Source: Lama guanicoe
Lineage: Eukaryota
Assembly (NCBI GenBank): GCA_013239625.1
Contig: MU053652.1
Span: 930,001 to 994,000 of the forward strand
Direction: 5' to 3'
Length of the DNA: 64,000 nucleotides
Shown here: positions 14,759 through 27,789 of the stretch, one piece after another
How the letters are laid out: the number at the start of each line of letters is the position of its first letter
Numbering within the stretch: the stretch's first letter is position 1
Notes under the pieces: model-generated
Told to the model about the DNA's origin: nothing
Database searches by the model: none
What the model saw: only the letters and a program-made list of their open reading frames with translations
Translations under genes and position numbers: made by a program

Positions 14759-17624
14759 ACCAAAAGAATTACCACTATACTCAAGAATTTAGGCATACCC
14801 TCAAATTACTTCTACAGAAGTAACAGGTTTAAGAAAATGAAAATTTTTAAGAAACTATTATCAATTCAGGTAAATACCATTATTTTTGTTCTAAAATATT
14901 CTCAAGTAGGCAAGAACAGTATCAATGAAGTAATGCCAGTTGCTTTAATTTCACTCAAATCATATGATGATACTCTCTTCATCACATTATTTCACCTACC
15001 AATAATCACCACCACTTATTATGACCTCCCGGTTCCTAGCAATCCCTTGCTTTGGGCCAGGTGCACCAAACCTTGAGAAGCATACAGCTTCCAGAAGGAC
15101 ATTTAAATCACTAGTAGCTATATGAATCTGACTTGGCTTTCAATGGTCCACCCTCCAAATCTCAGATAAAAAGAGACAAAGAGCAAAGCTTGGAGGTGGT
15201 GAGTTGGAAGGAAGCCCTGTCGTTTCTACTCTTGGGACCTCTAGACCAAGATCTAATCAGAACTAAGCAGACCCTTCCCTGGTAACTAATTTAAGGACAG
15301 CCAACTTTCCACCAGATTCATCTATGCTGGGGTGTAAGCCAGCAAGCTACCATTTTCTGAAGTTTGGCCCAATGTATTACAATGCCTGTGACATTCAGTG
15401 CAAGATTCACTGGGCCTGAGACATCCTAGCACTAACTTGTGCAGCTGCCACACGTGCACTGGGAGACAGAGAGATCTCCTGGATGGCCCATCACTTCCTG
15501 CTTCAAGTAGTGAAGGTAAAACAAGACAGAGGAATCCTGGTGCTACAGAAGCTGACTCCACTGTAGAGGAAGATTTGTATTTTAACTTTCACATGTTAAT
15601 TCTGTTCATTGGGCAGAATACTACCTATTGACAAGACAGAACAAAAATTCTGGAAGCAAGCACCTTTCTGGAGACCTAATGGCTCGGCTAATGACATGCC
15701 TTCAATATGCTATTCAGGATAGAGGCTATCAAAAAGTTTTAAAGGCTGAGAAATGAAGAAAACTACTTCTGCAAGAATCATCTCACAAATTATCTGGGCT
15801 AGAGTACTGAAGAAAAGCTAGTTTTCTTTAAGGACTGGAATCCCCAGCTCACTGAAACATCAAATGAAACAAAACCTAAGAATAACCTAGTTTCAGACCT
15901 GGATTCAAAATAGAAATTGCATCTATCTCCTTGAAAAACCCCTCCTGGTCATGGATCAGTACCAATAAGATTTGTGGATTTTCTTACCTGACAGCACACT
16001 TCAAATTCTCTCAGCGTGAGGTTAATTTTATCACTATTTAGACATTTAAGTGGCAGTTAACAAAAGTAAAATGATTTTACATTCTGTCTCTGTTAATCTC
16101 CAGAAAAAGAAAGCAGGGTACTAAGAAGGGAAGTCACTTGTTGTGTCACTGCCAGTGGTAAACAGTGTAATATCAACCCACTGCCTCCATCTGTAGATCA
16201 CTACTCAGCACACTAAGGGGTTACACACTTAAGCCAACAATGGCTAAACAGGCAGGTCTGATTTGAAAAGAGATATGAAGAAAATGAGATTTTTTTCAGA
16301 ATCGTGATGCCTGAAAGATGAGTTTGTTCCAAGTGATAGTCTTATTTCCTCTGTTATGTTCTATCCCACAAGAAATGGAAGATTTTGTGTGTGGAGCCTA
16401 TCTCCGTCTTATACACTTGAAAATGTGCAGCCAACAGCATGACAGGCATGTCACCAAGTAGGTGACATTCTGGGAGGCGCTGCAGCTGCTCGCAAGGGCC
16501 AAAACATGTATTTCTATTATCACAGTTTCAAAAAGACTGTAAAACGGAAAAGAGAGTGCAACGGTGTGTGGTCACAGGGCTGGCATCAGGAGAAAACTCT
16601 GACACCCTGTTACTACGATAGCAACAGCCTTGTCTCCTTACACGGCTCTCTAGACACAAACATGCTGAGACAAATAAGCCTTCCCACTACAGGATGGATT
16701 CTGCCTGCCAGAGACAGAGGAGAAAGGCTGCTCAAGTCTCTACATGATCAAAAATTATTTTCTTTTCCAAGATTTAATCAACAAAAGAGCACTGCGGTTT
16801 TTCAGCAAGAAACGTTTCCCATTCAAAGTAACACTGAAATTTGAACCCTAAACACTTGTAACTCCATTTATCCCATGACCCAATCACCTTCATCCATGCA
16901 GCTAGGTGCTTTACTGTAAGCATCTACTGTTCTCCAATTATTTCTGTTCTCCAAGAATGATTTTAACCGAAAGAGCATTCCATCAATGGTCTTTTCTTTT
17001 TTTTGTATATGAAAATTAAATTGGCCCTAAGCATAAAACTCTACACACCAACTTAAACCAAAAATCTTCTTTTCTAAACCCTCCATGTTAGCAGATAATT
17101 CTCCTGTGTTACTTCTCATGCCTGATGGCTAACATGAAGGAAAACTCCTCTCATTTCACCAGAGTGAGCTCTCTGACCATCTTGTGCTCACCTTTATTCC
17201 CGAATACCCAGCACATGGCTGGCCCCAGTAACTTAACACTAAATCATCACTAAAATATGTCATATTGGAAACCAGCCTGAAAAGTTGACTATATGGTTTT
17301 GCAGATTTTTCAAAAGACTCCCAAAAGTTTTACAAATCCTTCTCTCTTCTTTGTATTCCTTTACCATGCCCCATGAAAGCGAGTCTTGTTTATTCCACTA
17401 TTCAACAAGACCTCAAGCAATATAATCCAGACTCTCCATTAGTCTACAAAACAGTTTCTCCGTCTTAGTCTCCAGCCTCTACCCTCAGTCCTTTTCCATG
17501 CAACCACATTAATCCTCCTTCATCTCATCACACCCTGATCAGAATCCACAATGGTTCCAGATCTCCTAAAACAAAGGTCCTCACACTTCAGCATGCATAT
17601 GAATAACTTAACAATGACCCTAAC

Positions 17625-17773
17625 CCTAGGGCTTATTAAAATACAGATTGTATAGCCCCATCCCTAGAGTTCCTGATGCAGTAAGTATGAAGTAGGAATA
17701 AAAATTTGCATTTGTAATGTTTTCAGGTAACACTGAAACTGCTGCTCCAGGAAACATACTTTGAAAACCCCTG
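17625..17773 (-). mobile_element. MER5A MITE
   Basis: agggcttattaaaatacagattg..gccccatccctagagttcctgat..aatttgcattt..gctgctccaggaaacatactttgaaaacccctg. Confidence 0.75.
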
Positions 17774-18944
17774 GCCCAAAGCAACAGTTCCCAATTACAG
17801 AATCCTTAACAAGTATCTCAGAATCCCACTAGGAGCTAAACCCCCCCCCCCCCAGAATCCAGTCCTTATCCACAGCGATTCTTATTCAGAAAGTCAAGGA
17901 TAGGACCAGGAATCCAGCCAGAGGTACATCTAACGCATACCCAGCTTCAGAAGCTATTAGCCTGAAGATAAATCACAACCACTGTAGATGACACTAAAGG
18001 GCTTCTGTAAGCTGAACCCAAATCTACCTAACCAAATTTATCTTCTAGTCCACAAAATAAACCCTCGGTTACAGCTATACCATTTTTTTCCTTATTGATC
18101 CCTGAATATCTTTGTCCATTCATTCCTTTTGTGCCACATCAAAACCTTACTTGCCATTCCAGCTGTCTGCTGTGCCAGTCCCCTCTCCTCCACCTCTGTG
18201 AATCCTCCAAGGATCAGCTCATCATCAACCTGGAACATCTTTCTTGGTCCATTCAACATGTTTCAAGATGATTATACCAAGTACCATTCATACATTTACC
18301 AACATTAGTCTGTGTGTGTCTGTGTCACTGCATATCCAGTTTACTGATGGCTGTATAACCTAATATTACTCTATAAGAAATCTAACTGGAAAGAATTTGA
18401 GGGAACTAGAAAATACAGGAAAACTAGAAAGAATTTTTAAATTGTGTGACAATTTTTCTTATATAACAACAATTTAAAATATTGAAGTAACCTTTTATTT
18501 TAAAATGTTTTATTCTTGAAATCTGCAGATGAATAAAGATGAGTAGAATAGTTAAGAAACAACCAAGCACAGATTAATTCAAGTCATGATTAAGGTCATT
18601 CTTTCAAAACATGTCTAAGAAAACAGAAGGGGGCAGAAAAGTAGATAGGTAAGAGGGGGAGAAAAAGAAAGGAAAAAGGCAAAGAACACTGTCATATCTT
18701 GACCTCAAACCAATTAAACACAATACATGAAACAAAATGTTATTTCTACATTAGACCCCTTGCCTTGCATTATTAGACCATTTTTAGTTTCATAGCCTTT
18801 ATCTGTCAAATAGCTTATGCTAACAGTATACGTACACATTAACATAAAAACGCAGCAGTGTTGCCAAGGGTATGATTTGGGGACTACAAGCTACTCAGAT
18901 GTAACACACAAAGGATATCTTTTTAGTGTCTTAAATACATCTTG

Positions 18945-19140
18945 GGGGTGAAGGGAGTGGGGAATGGTGATTGTTAATTGATACAAACAAGGTTTCTTTT
19001 TAGGGTAATGAAAATGTTACAAAATCATAACATGGTGATGGTTGCACACCTCCATAAATATACTAAGAAACACTGAAATCTATACTTTAAAATGGGTAAA
19101 CCTTATGGTATGTCCATTAAATCTCAATAAAGCTCTTTAA
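18945..19140 (+). mobile_element. L1M (L1MB-like) 3' end
   Basis: ggtttctttttagggtaatgaaaatgtt..ggtgatggttgcaca..tatactttaaaatgggtaaa..atctcaataaagct. Confidence 0.75.
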
Positions 19141-19774
19141 ATAAACAAATGAATAACTCATTTCTTAATATGAAGATACGGTCCCCAATCACTCTTTTGA
19201 AACCACATGTGTGAAAGGTATAACTCATTTAATAAGCCAGAAACTTATTTTTAATCATTTTTGCATTTCAAGTTAATATCTGATGGAACTTAAAGTTGCT
19301 TAGTTTATTTAAAATATTTTTAATATGAGATAATGGGTTTTGTTTTCCAAAATGTACGAATTATGTACATTTGACAAATCCTAAGTAAGGCATAATATCT
19401 TACTTTGTTAATAACCATAATTAATTCTTTATAACAGTATTATAAATAGGATCCTACTAGATTCAAAATTGTTTTAAATTTAGAACATCAGTCTAAGTCA
19501 AATATCAGGTATCAAAAACTTACTCAAGTATTTTATAACCTTGTGACAGTAGGATTACACAGCCTACTTTCTAAGGCTTAATACAACATTTAAAACCTGA
19601 ATACATTAAGACACAAATAATTCCATTTGATAATATTATATAGTGTCTGATATGTTTGCTTAAAATGTTTTATTACTATGCCATGGTGTATCTCTTTCCA
19701 TTCATATACTTATAATCTATCTATATCTTTTTAGTTAAAGTATATTTCTTAAACTCAAAATGAGGAATTTGAAT

Positions 19775-20160
19775 TAAAAAATGGGGATATATTCTCCAAA
19801 ATGCCACTGTTCTAATAAAAGGTCAAGAAAGGCTATGGAAATGTTCAAGCTTAAAGGAAACTAAAGAGACATGAAAAGTAAATGCAGTAGTGAATGCCAG
19901 ACTGGTTTTCTACTGGAGGGGCAAAAACAACTGCTCTGAAAAACATAATTGGGTCAACTGACAAAACTAGAATACAGACAGTAGATTAGGTAACAGGGAA
20001 AACACACACAAGTACATATGTACTTAGAGAAAATAACTGATAAAGTGACAAGATGCTAACAATAACTGAATTTGAGTAACAAGGTATAAGGATGCCCTTT
20101 GTACTATTAACATTTTTGTAAAGAGTTTTAAGTTATTTTAAAAAATAAAAAGTAATAAAA
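19775..20160 (+). mobile_element. L1MC-like 3' UTR fragment
   Basis: ggaaatgttcaagcttaaaggaaactaaagagacatgaaaagtaaatgca..aattgggtcaactgacaaaa..tttgtactatt. Confidence 0.6.
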
Positions 20161-20169
20161 TAACAAGCT

Positions 20170-22400
20170 ACCTCTTGTAAACAGCATTGTTCAGTCATTT
20201 TTTAAACCAATCTGACAAACTGTCCTGTAATTAAAGTATCTAGTCAATTTACATTTAATGAAACTATTTATATAGCTGGTTTAAATCAAACATCTTCCCA
20301 TTTGTTTTCTATTCATCCTTTGTTCTTTATCTTTTCTTTTTTTGTTTTTAACATTTTTTATTGATTTATAATCATTTTACAGTGTTGTGTCAAATTCCAG
20401 TGTTCAGCACAAATTTTTCAGTCATACATGGACATATACACACTCATTGTCACATTTTTTTCTCTGTGAGCTACCATAACATTTTGTGTATATTTCCCTG
20501 TGCTATACAGTATAATCTTGTTTATTGTTCTTTCTCTTTTCTTTCTTCTTTGTTCTTTTTTCTTCCTCTCCTGCTTTCTTTTGGATTAAGCAAGTGTTTA
20601 TTCAGTACCAATTTTATCGCCTCTACTGGCTTTTTAGCTATACATCTATTTCACAATTTGATGTTTGCTCTAGGGATTAAAATATGCATCCTTAACTTAC
20701 CACAATTTATTTTATCTCTTCATGTATAATGTAAGCAGTAGAGTTGCATTTACCCTACTCTCAACTGTTGTGCAATTACTGTCATACATTTTACTTCTAA
20801 ATATATTATAAAACCCATATACATCATTATTGGTTTTGCTTTAAACAAAAACTAAGAAATGAGAAAACTACATTTTTACCCACATATTTACCACTTCTGA
20901 CCTTCTTAAAGATTTTCCTGTAGATGAGTTACCATCTGGTATCATTTTCCCTTAGGTTGAAACATTTCTACAACATTTCTTTAAGTGCAAGTCCAGTGGC
21001 AATAAATTCTTTCAGCTTTAAAGTTAATGTGAAAATGTCTCTATTTCACCTTCATTTCAAATGATTTTTTTCAGTGAATGTAGAATTCTAGATTGACAAT
21101 TTTTGTATTTTCCAGCACTTTCAAGATGACATCCATTGATTTCTGGCTTTCATTGTTTCTGATGAGAAGTTAGAGAAAATTTTTCTTCCTGGGTCTCTGT
21201 AGTCAATGGGTCTTTTTTCCTCCGGCTATCTTTAAGATTTTTTTCCTTTGGTTTTCAGCAACCTGATGATAATGTGTCTAGGTATGGTTTTCTCTATGTC
21301 AATCTTCCTTGGGATTTGTTGAGCTTCTTGAATCTGTGGGTTTATATTTTTCAACAAACTTTGAAATTTTTGGTCTTTGTTTCTCCAATAATTGCCCCAA
21401 TCTCTCTCTCCCCTGTCCTTCTGTATTGGTAACAACACAAACGTTGGACAGCATGATACTGTCCTACAGGACGTTATGGATTTGTTCATTTTTCTTTTCA
21501 CTCTCTTCTCCCTGTGCTTTAGATTGGTTTTGGCAGATTTTTCTTCAAGTTTTCTGATCCTCTACAGCATAGAGTCTGCTGCTAAATCCATCTGGCAAAT
21601 TTTTCATTTCAGATATTAATGTTTATCAACTTTTTTAAATCCCGGATATGAGTCACATTTTTCTGTTTTCACAAGTATAATAATTGTATGCTGGACATTG
21701 GGGGTGTTTTGTTATTGAAGATTTGAATTATACTGCCTTACTTCAGCATGAGTTTCACTCTGGCTGGCAGTTAATTTACAGGTGTATCAGGCTGATACTG
21801 TAGAAACTTGGTTTGGGGGTTTGTTAAGCAAGATTTACAGTATCCCTTACTCTATGGCTAGCACAGCCCAACTCCTAAAACATAACCTTTCTGAGGTCAC
21901 ATTTGAAAGCACACAGTGTTCGGCAAGTTCTCCCCACTCTGGCTGGTCTGAATGCCAGTATTTCCAAGCATTTAGAAACTTCTGCAATTTCCGTCCAGCT
22001 CACAGATCCACAGCAGCTCTTTTCTGCCATGCCTTGGGGTATGTAAAGCTTCATATTTGACCAAAGGCTTCATGGCACTCTTTTCAGATTTCTGGGGCTC
22101 CTTCTCTGTGCAATTCCCTCTTTTCCAGTATCCTAATCCACAAATTCTAGCTGCCTCCACATCCCTGAACTCTGATCTCTGCTTTCTCTGCTTAGAGAGT
22201 GCAGGGCTCTGTTTAGGCTTCACTTCCCTATGCCATAGTTTAGAAAGTGTCCCCAAAGAAGAAGCTGGGATGAATGTGAACCTGACCTCATGTATTCTCT
22301 TCTCTCCACAGACTGTGCTGACTGCCTGAATCCATCCAGTTTTCAAGCTGCTTACAGTAGGAGGTAACTTCATCATGGCTGGAACCAGAAGTCTCTAATT
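20170..22400 (-). mobile_element. Ancient L1M 5' region / ORF1 remnant
   Basis: ORF 21232-21501(-) contains NINPQIQEAQQIPRKIDIEKTIPRHIIIRLLKTK, an L1 ORF1p motif. Flanks carry T-rich antisense L1 motifs (ctggctttcattgtttctgatgagaagt). Confidence 0.75.
20340..20524 (-). mobile_element. Younger lineage-specific L1 3' end, 5'-truncated, nested in older L1M
   Basis: ttttttattg..agtcatacat..tatttccctgtgctatacagta is a cetartiodactyl-type L1 3' end. It is flanked by the near-identical low-complexity repeat ttgttcttt(a/c)tcttttcttt at 20320-20339 and 20525-20544 (putative TSD). Confidence 0.7.
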
Positions 22401-23558
22401 CTAACTATTTTTGAAATATCTTAAAAAAATCTATTATCTTATTTTATCCTTAAAATAAATATAACCTGAGAAGCACACGTTTCCATGACAGATTAGCAAA
22501 CCAAGATGTAAAATGTTGAATAACCAATTCCCAAGCAATAAAGATATTTTATTCAACACGTAAATATTCATCAAGTACCTACTATGGGCATACAGTAATT
22601 GACACAAGCAGTGAAACTCAGGGAATATAGTTGTATTTGTATTATATTGAACTATCAATAAAGCACACAGACTGAACCAAAAAAATATTGTCTAATGAAT
22701 GAATTACCAGGAGTCAATCATTCAATTCACCAAGAGCATGCCTATACTCCCAAAAATGACTACAATTTACATTCATGATTTATGTTTTCCTGCAAAGACT
22801 ATTTGCCATGCAAGCAATTTCATTTCTACAGTTATATTCTTCAATTCCCTGTATATACTTAATTTTTTTCGTATTAGTAGGTGCTGTCTAACCAAGTCTT
22901 CTTCTATTTAGCTATGTCAAGTTTGCTTCAGCTAAATATTAATCGTATTTCTAATTTTCATCTGGTCTAATCAAATATATTTTCCTGACACATGGAGAGA
23001 AAACATAATAGAATTTCTAAATACCACGTCTGCAGCATTATACCAGACAGCAATATCACTCCTCTGATCTTCAACAAATCAATCAGAGTGATACATTTGT
23101 ACCTGATAGGTTTATTTTCAACTCTTAAAATAAGCTCTTGACCTGTCTTTTACCCCCACTATATGCAAGAGTCGACTGTAGGAAAATGGTCATAAAATTA
23201 AACTATGTATGTTTATAAACTAGTGTTTAAGAACATTCTAATGTTGATTACTGAAATATTTGACTAATTCCAATGAAGTAAAGTACATTACAACAGAAAG
23301 CCAGATACTATACATCCCTCATGGCTACATATAGATAATCTCCTAATTTTAAAGCCTGGCTGGGGAAAAAAAAAAAAAAAGCTCGTTTAAAAGGTCTTTT
23401 AAAGGTAATAGAAGTCTGCAGCATCAGCAAGGATCACCTTTAAACAGAAACACAACATTCTCACTGTTTATGATTACAGGAATATTTTCAGTGGCTGATT
23501 TTTACTTTCTTACCTGTTATTCTGAATCAAGATGGCACCCTTCATAAAAGGACCTTAC

Positions 23559-23733
23559 CTGTAGAACATCTTGGATCTTCACCCACACATCTGCCATGTC
23601 ATACAATTTGACATCTTCCTGCTGTGTCAGTGGAGTCACAACAGCATCTTGCAGGTATCCCAGGACCACAGAGTGTGCAGTGGCTACAGCATTAAACTTG
23701 TCAAACAGCAACTCCAGCAGTTCTAGCAGTAAT
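23559..23733 (-). CDS. EXOC4: EXOC4 internal coding exon (human exon 7 equivalent), 175 bp
   Basis: Translates as (R)[58 protein letters not shown]. Acceptor ttttcactag|A, donor CAG|gtaagg. Phase 2 in, phase 0 out. Confidence 0.97.
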
Positions 23734-26309
23734 CTAGTGAAAATAAATAAATAAAGGATATTTACATACAAGCACACATACACCAAAATGACACTGGCCT
23801 CTAAGAAAAATATCAAACTAAAGTGAACTGGCACATGTAACATGTAAACAGCACATTAAATTTCAACAGATTTGTATTTCAAACAGTTTTCTGATCTAAG
23901 CAACTTCTAAAAACTTATCTAAGCCTCAGTCTCCTCTATGATATAATGCAGATGGTGTATGAATTTGAAAACAGTTGCAAAGTCCCTAAACCAGGAGCAG
24001 CTCAACAAACATTTGTTTTCTAACACATTTCCGTGATCTCTATACTGTATTTACCACAGGCAGCTTCTCCTAAGAATTTAGGCAATTTTTCAGACAACAG
24101 TTCAAATGTTACACAGAATACGCTATTTCCTAGCAATAAACTGGACACTTTGGTAAGGATGCTAATCCCTTTAGTCATGGAAAGCTGCGCTTGCTACCAT
24201 TCAAACGTATGGCCTAACTTGCCTGAAAAAAATACACACCTGCCAAGCAATATGACTTTCACCACAGGGAGCAGCTTAGACATCCGCATTATCTCATTTC
24301 TCATAGTGAGAGATGCTGGACACGTATTATTACATCCATTTTATATACTCAAGGACACAAAATAAGGTTGTGAGGCAGCTGAGCCTAGAACACAAGTTGA
24401 TTTCCATGTCAGTGCTTTGAGCCGCCTGCCTCTCACTGCAGTTCTAGAATGTGGATGTATATTCAGAGACGGCACAGAGCCGTATGTCAGGGATGCAAAG
24501 TAATTCCTTCATCTCTGAGCCTTACAGCATCCTTGATCACCCCAGCCAGGAATCCTCCCCTCCTCCTCTGAACTTATACAGTATTTTATCCCACTTTCAA
24601 GGAACATATCACATGTGGCTCACATATGTGACTCAATTAATGTGGGTCACATTTATTAATGTATAGACATTTGACCTCCTTTCTTCATAACGAGCCTTTT
24701 AGAGCAGGCACTGCTTTAAACATCTTTGTATGCTCAGGAGCACTCAGAAGAGTGATTTGCAAATATTTGCTGAATGAATTTAATGTGTATACCATGACCA
24801 AGTATAGACAATTTGGGAACATGACCTTTATTGTACAATACGTGGCTCTCAGCTCATACTTTCGAAGAAGACTTATAAACCAACCTCGAAAGTAAAAAAA
24901 GGAAAGCAGAAGAGCTTGTCAGCGGTGTCGATTAATGAGGTTTTATTACCATAAATAAGAGGCTATAACTACAATCTCATCAAAACGCATAGCATATTAT
25001 CTATTCCTATGGCTTCTTTATTGCCCAATTACTATAATTAACGTGCCAATGTGACAGCCAATAACTATCTTATGATAAAACCCTAATATCTATTTGACAT
25101 TTTAATTTAGACAGGACAGAATCAATAAAAATTTATGCAGTACTCCCAGCCTAGAATATACATACATAATCCAGAAATTACACATTGTGTCTGTAAATAG
25201 GAGCTGTTCTACCTCTGAACGATGATTTTTTAAAAATCTTTTAAAGGTCAATTCATATTTATACTCACGTTTACCTAAAACAATTCTTTTTGCATCTGCG
25301 TTATTGGAATACTCAAATATCAGCAGAGAGAGGTACAAAGTATAGGACAACGTAGCTAACGTAACTGAAATAGTTCCTCGGTGTAGGTAAGTAACCTGTA
25401 TAAAATTGGTATCTGGCAACATACAGAGAATACACCTGATTAAGTTAAGGTTCTACTTTTCAAATAAAGAGTTAGGCTGAGTATGTAAGCTTGTGGTTCC
25501 CAAACATCAATCCACAGACCATAATGTATTTTTCAGTGGTTAATAGCAAAATAAGAAAAGTAAGACCATGTATTAGCATTCCACAAAAGTGAATATATTT
25601 CATTTCTTTTCAGTACTCTCTTCAATGGAAAATCTGTTACTTTCTCTAGTGACAGCAGTTAAAGTATCAAATGTCCTTCACTGATAAAATTAAAACCTAA
25701 TAACCTTATGCTGTACCCCAACACTGTTTGAAATCACACTGACCCATGACATTCAGAACTGTGAGGTGCACTGGTATTCAACTTCCCAAAGACACGAAAT
25801 TCTAGGTACAAGCCTACAAACCATCAGTGAAGCAGAGAACACTGGAAGAGAAGTGGGGCCTCTGAAGGAAGGGGCTGCTGTCTGGTTACCTCCAGGGCCA
25901 CTAGGCTCCATGACCACACACACCTCGACCAGTACTCGAGGACAAGAGGAACTCAGCTACCAGGGGCAGTGCTCTATTTAAAAAAGAGACCTCAGGGAGA
26001 ACTGAGGTGTTAAAATGAGATCCACGGTATCTTATCATCATAGAAATAGCAATCCCTTGAGAAAACGCTGACGCACTGCCACCTTCTGTCACTCCTAGAA
26101 GATCAAGACCAAGACAAACCTATTGCAGTATGGCCATCACATCCATCAGACAGGCTACTCAGGGAAGAAGAAAGTGAGAGGAGTCAGGCAGGAAGTGGAG
26201 GGATTAGACTTGTGGCTCCGCCTACCTTGAAACATCCACCCATTTCAATGGGAGGGAACCTCTCCCCTGCCTCACCACAGCACCATCATGGCAATATTAA
26301 TAAAGCCTG

Positions 26310-27335
26310 CAGCTCCAATATCAAAATTAAGAACTTTTGTGCTGCATGGGACACCATCAAGAAAATGAAAAGACAATTCACAAAATGGGAGAAAATATTT
26401 GCAAATAAGTTATCTGGTAATGGATTTGGATCTAGAATACCTAAAGATTTCTTAAAACTCTCAACAGAAAATAGCTGAATTTTACAAGGGACAAAAGGAT
26501 TTGAATACACATTTCTCCCAAGAAAATGTGAGAATGACCAACAAGCAAATAGAACGTGCTCAACATCTTAGCCAAAAGGGAAACACAAGTCAGAATTGGG
26601 AGATACCACTTCAACCCACTGGGACAGCTATAATCAAAAAGACAGACAATAACAAGTATTGGTGAGGATGGAGAAAAACTGGAACGCTCATACAGTGCTG
26701 GTGGGAATGTGAAATGGTACAGCTACTTTGGAAAACAGTTTGCCAATTCCTCAAACAATTAAACACAGTTACCTATGGACCCAGCAATTCCATCCCTAGA
26801 TATATACCCAAGAGAAATGAAAACATACGTGTACACAAAAGCATGTACACAAATACTCACAGCATTATTCTTAATAGTAAAATAGTATTAAAATAGTAAT
26901 ACTAAAGAAGTGAAATCATAAAAGTGGAAATAATTCAAATGTTAATTAACATAAATGTACCCTCCCCCCAAAAAAGGTATACAATAGATTATCATCTGGC
27001 TATAAAATGAGAGAAAGTACTGATATATGCCACAACGTGGATGAACCTTGAAAACATTTTGTTAAGTGAAAAAAGTCATAGAAGATTACATATTGCGTGA
27101 TTCTACTTACATGAAACATCCAGAACAGGCAAATTATACAGACGGAAAATACCTCAGTGGTTACTTAGGTAGGTGGAACTTGACCATGAAAGCATATGGG
27201 GTTTGTTTTGCAGCAGAGAGGAAAATGTTGCAGAACTACACGGTGGCGACAGTTGCACAACACTGTGAATGTACTAAAAACCACTGTTTCAATGGCTGAA
27301 TTGTGCAGTGTGTGAATTACATCTCAACATATCTG
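26310..27335 (+). mobile_element. L1M (L1MB-like) ORF2 C-terminus and 3' UTR
   Basis: Peptide IKIKNFCAAWDTIKKMKRQFTKWEKIFAN, followed by gctggtgggaatgtgaaatggtacagctactttggaaaacagtt, cagcaattcca and tggatgaaccttgaaaacat. Confidence 0.85.
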
Positions 27336-27789
27336 CCTAAATAAAAACCAGCAGCTGTGGCTCTGAGTGAGGACAGTGAGGGCCCAACACCTCCCCCGTG
27401 GCGAAGAGAAAATATAAAGGTCAGTGAAAAAAGGAAACTGATGTCTCCAAAAGTGAAGTATTATGAAGGCTGATTCCTTTGGAATCTTACTACCAAGAGG
27501 ACATTAGCTTTTCTCTTTTGGTTCACTTGTTTGTTGTTTGTTCGTTATTCCTTCTCATAGAAGTAACTTGTAAAGAAACCAAAGAGTCATGTTCTTTCCC
27601 AGCATTGGTAATCCCTAAGTCTTCAATTATGAAAAAAAGTCTCTCACTGTCTCCAAGTGTTCCCATCTGTAAGACCAAAGAATTAATTAATACCTGTTCC
27701 AGGAGCCTCACACAACTGCCAGATAAATTACATTAGAAAATGGACACAACTGGCTGAGGTAACGGTACCACATTAAAGAGAGGAGGGTT

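Larger units (their letters stand above)
1..23558 (-). other. EXOC4: EXOC4 intron following exon 7 (continues beyond window start)
   Basis: The next expected peptide (MLLTEYLDMKNTR...) is not seen in the window or in the ORF track. The region is repeat-rich and non-coding. Confidence 0.85.

Noticed and set aside
16451..16472. Small hairpin atgtcacc-aagta-ggtgacat and a nearby p53-like half site
   Set aside because: An 8-bp stem is expected by chance, and the p53 half sites are not in register.
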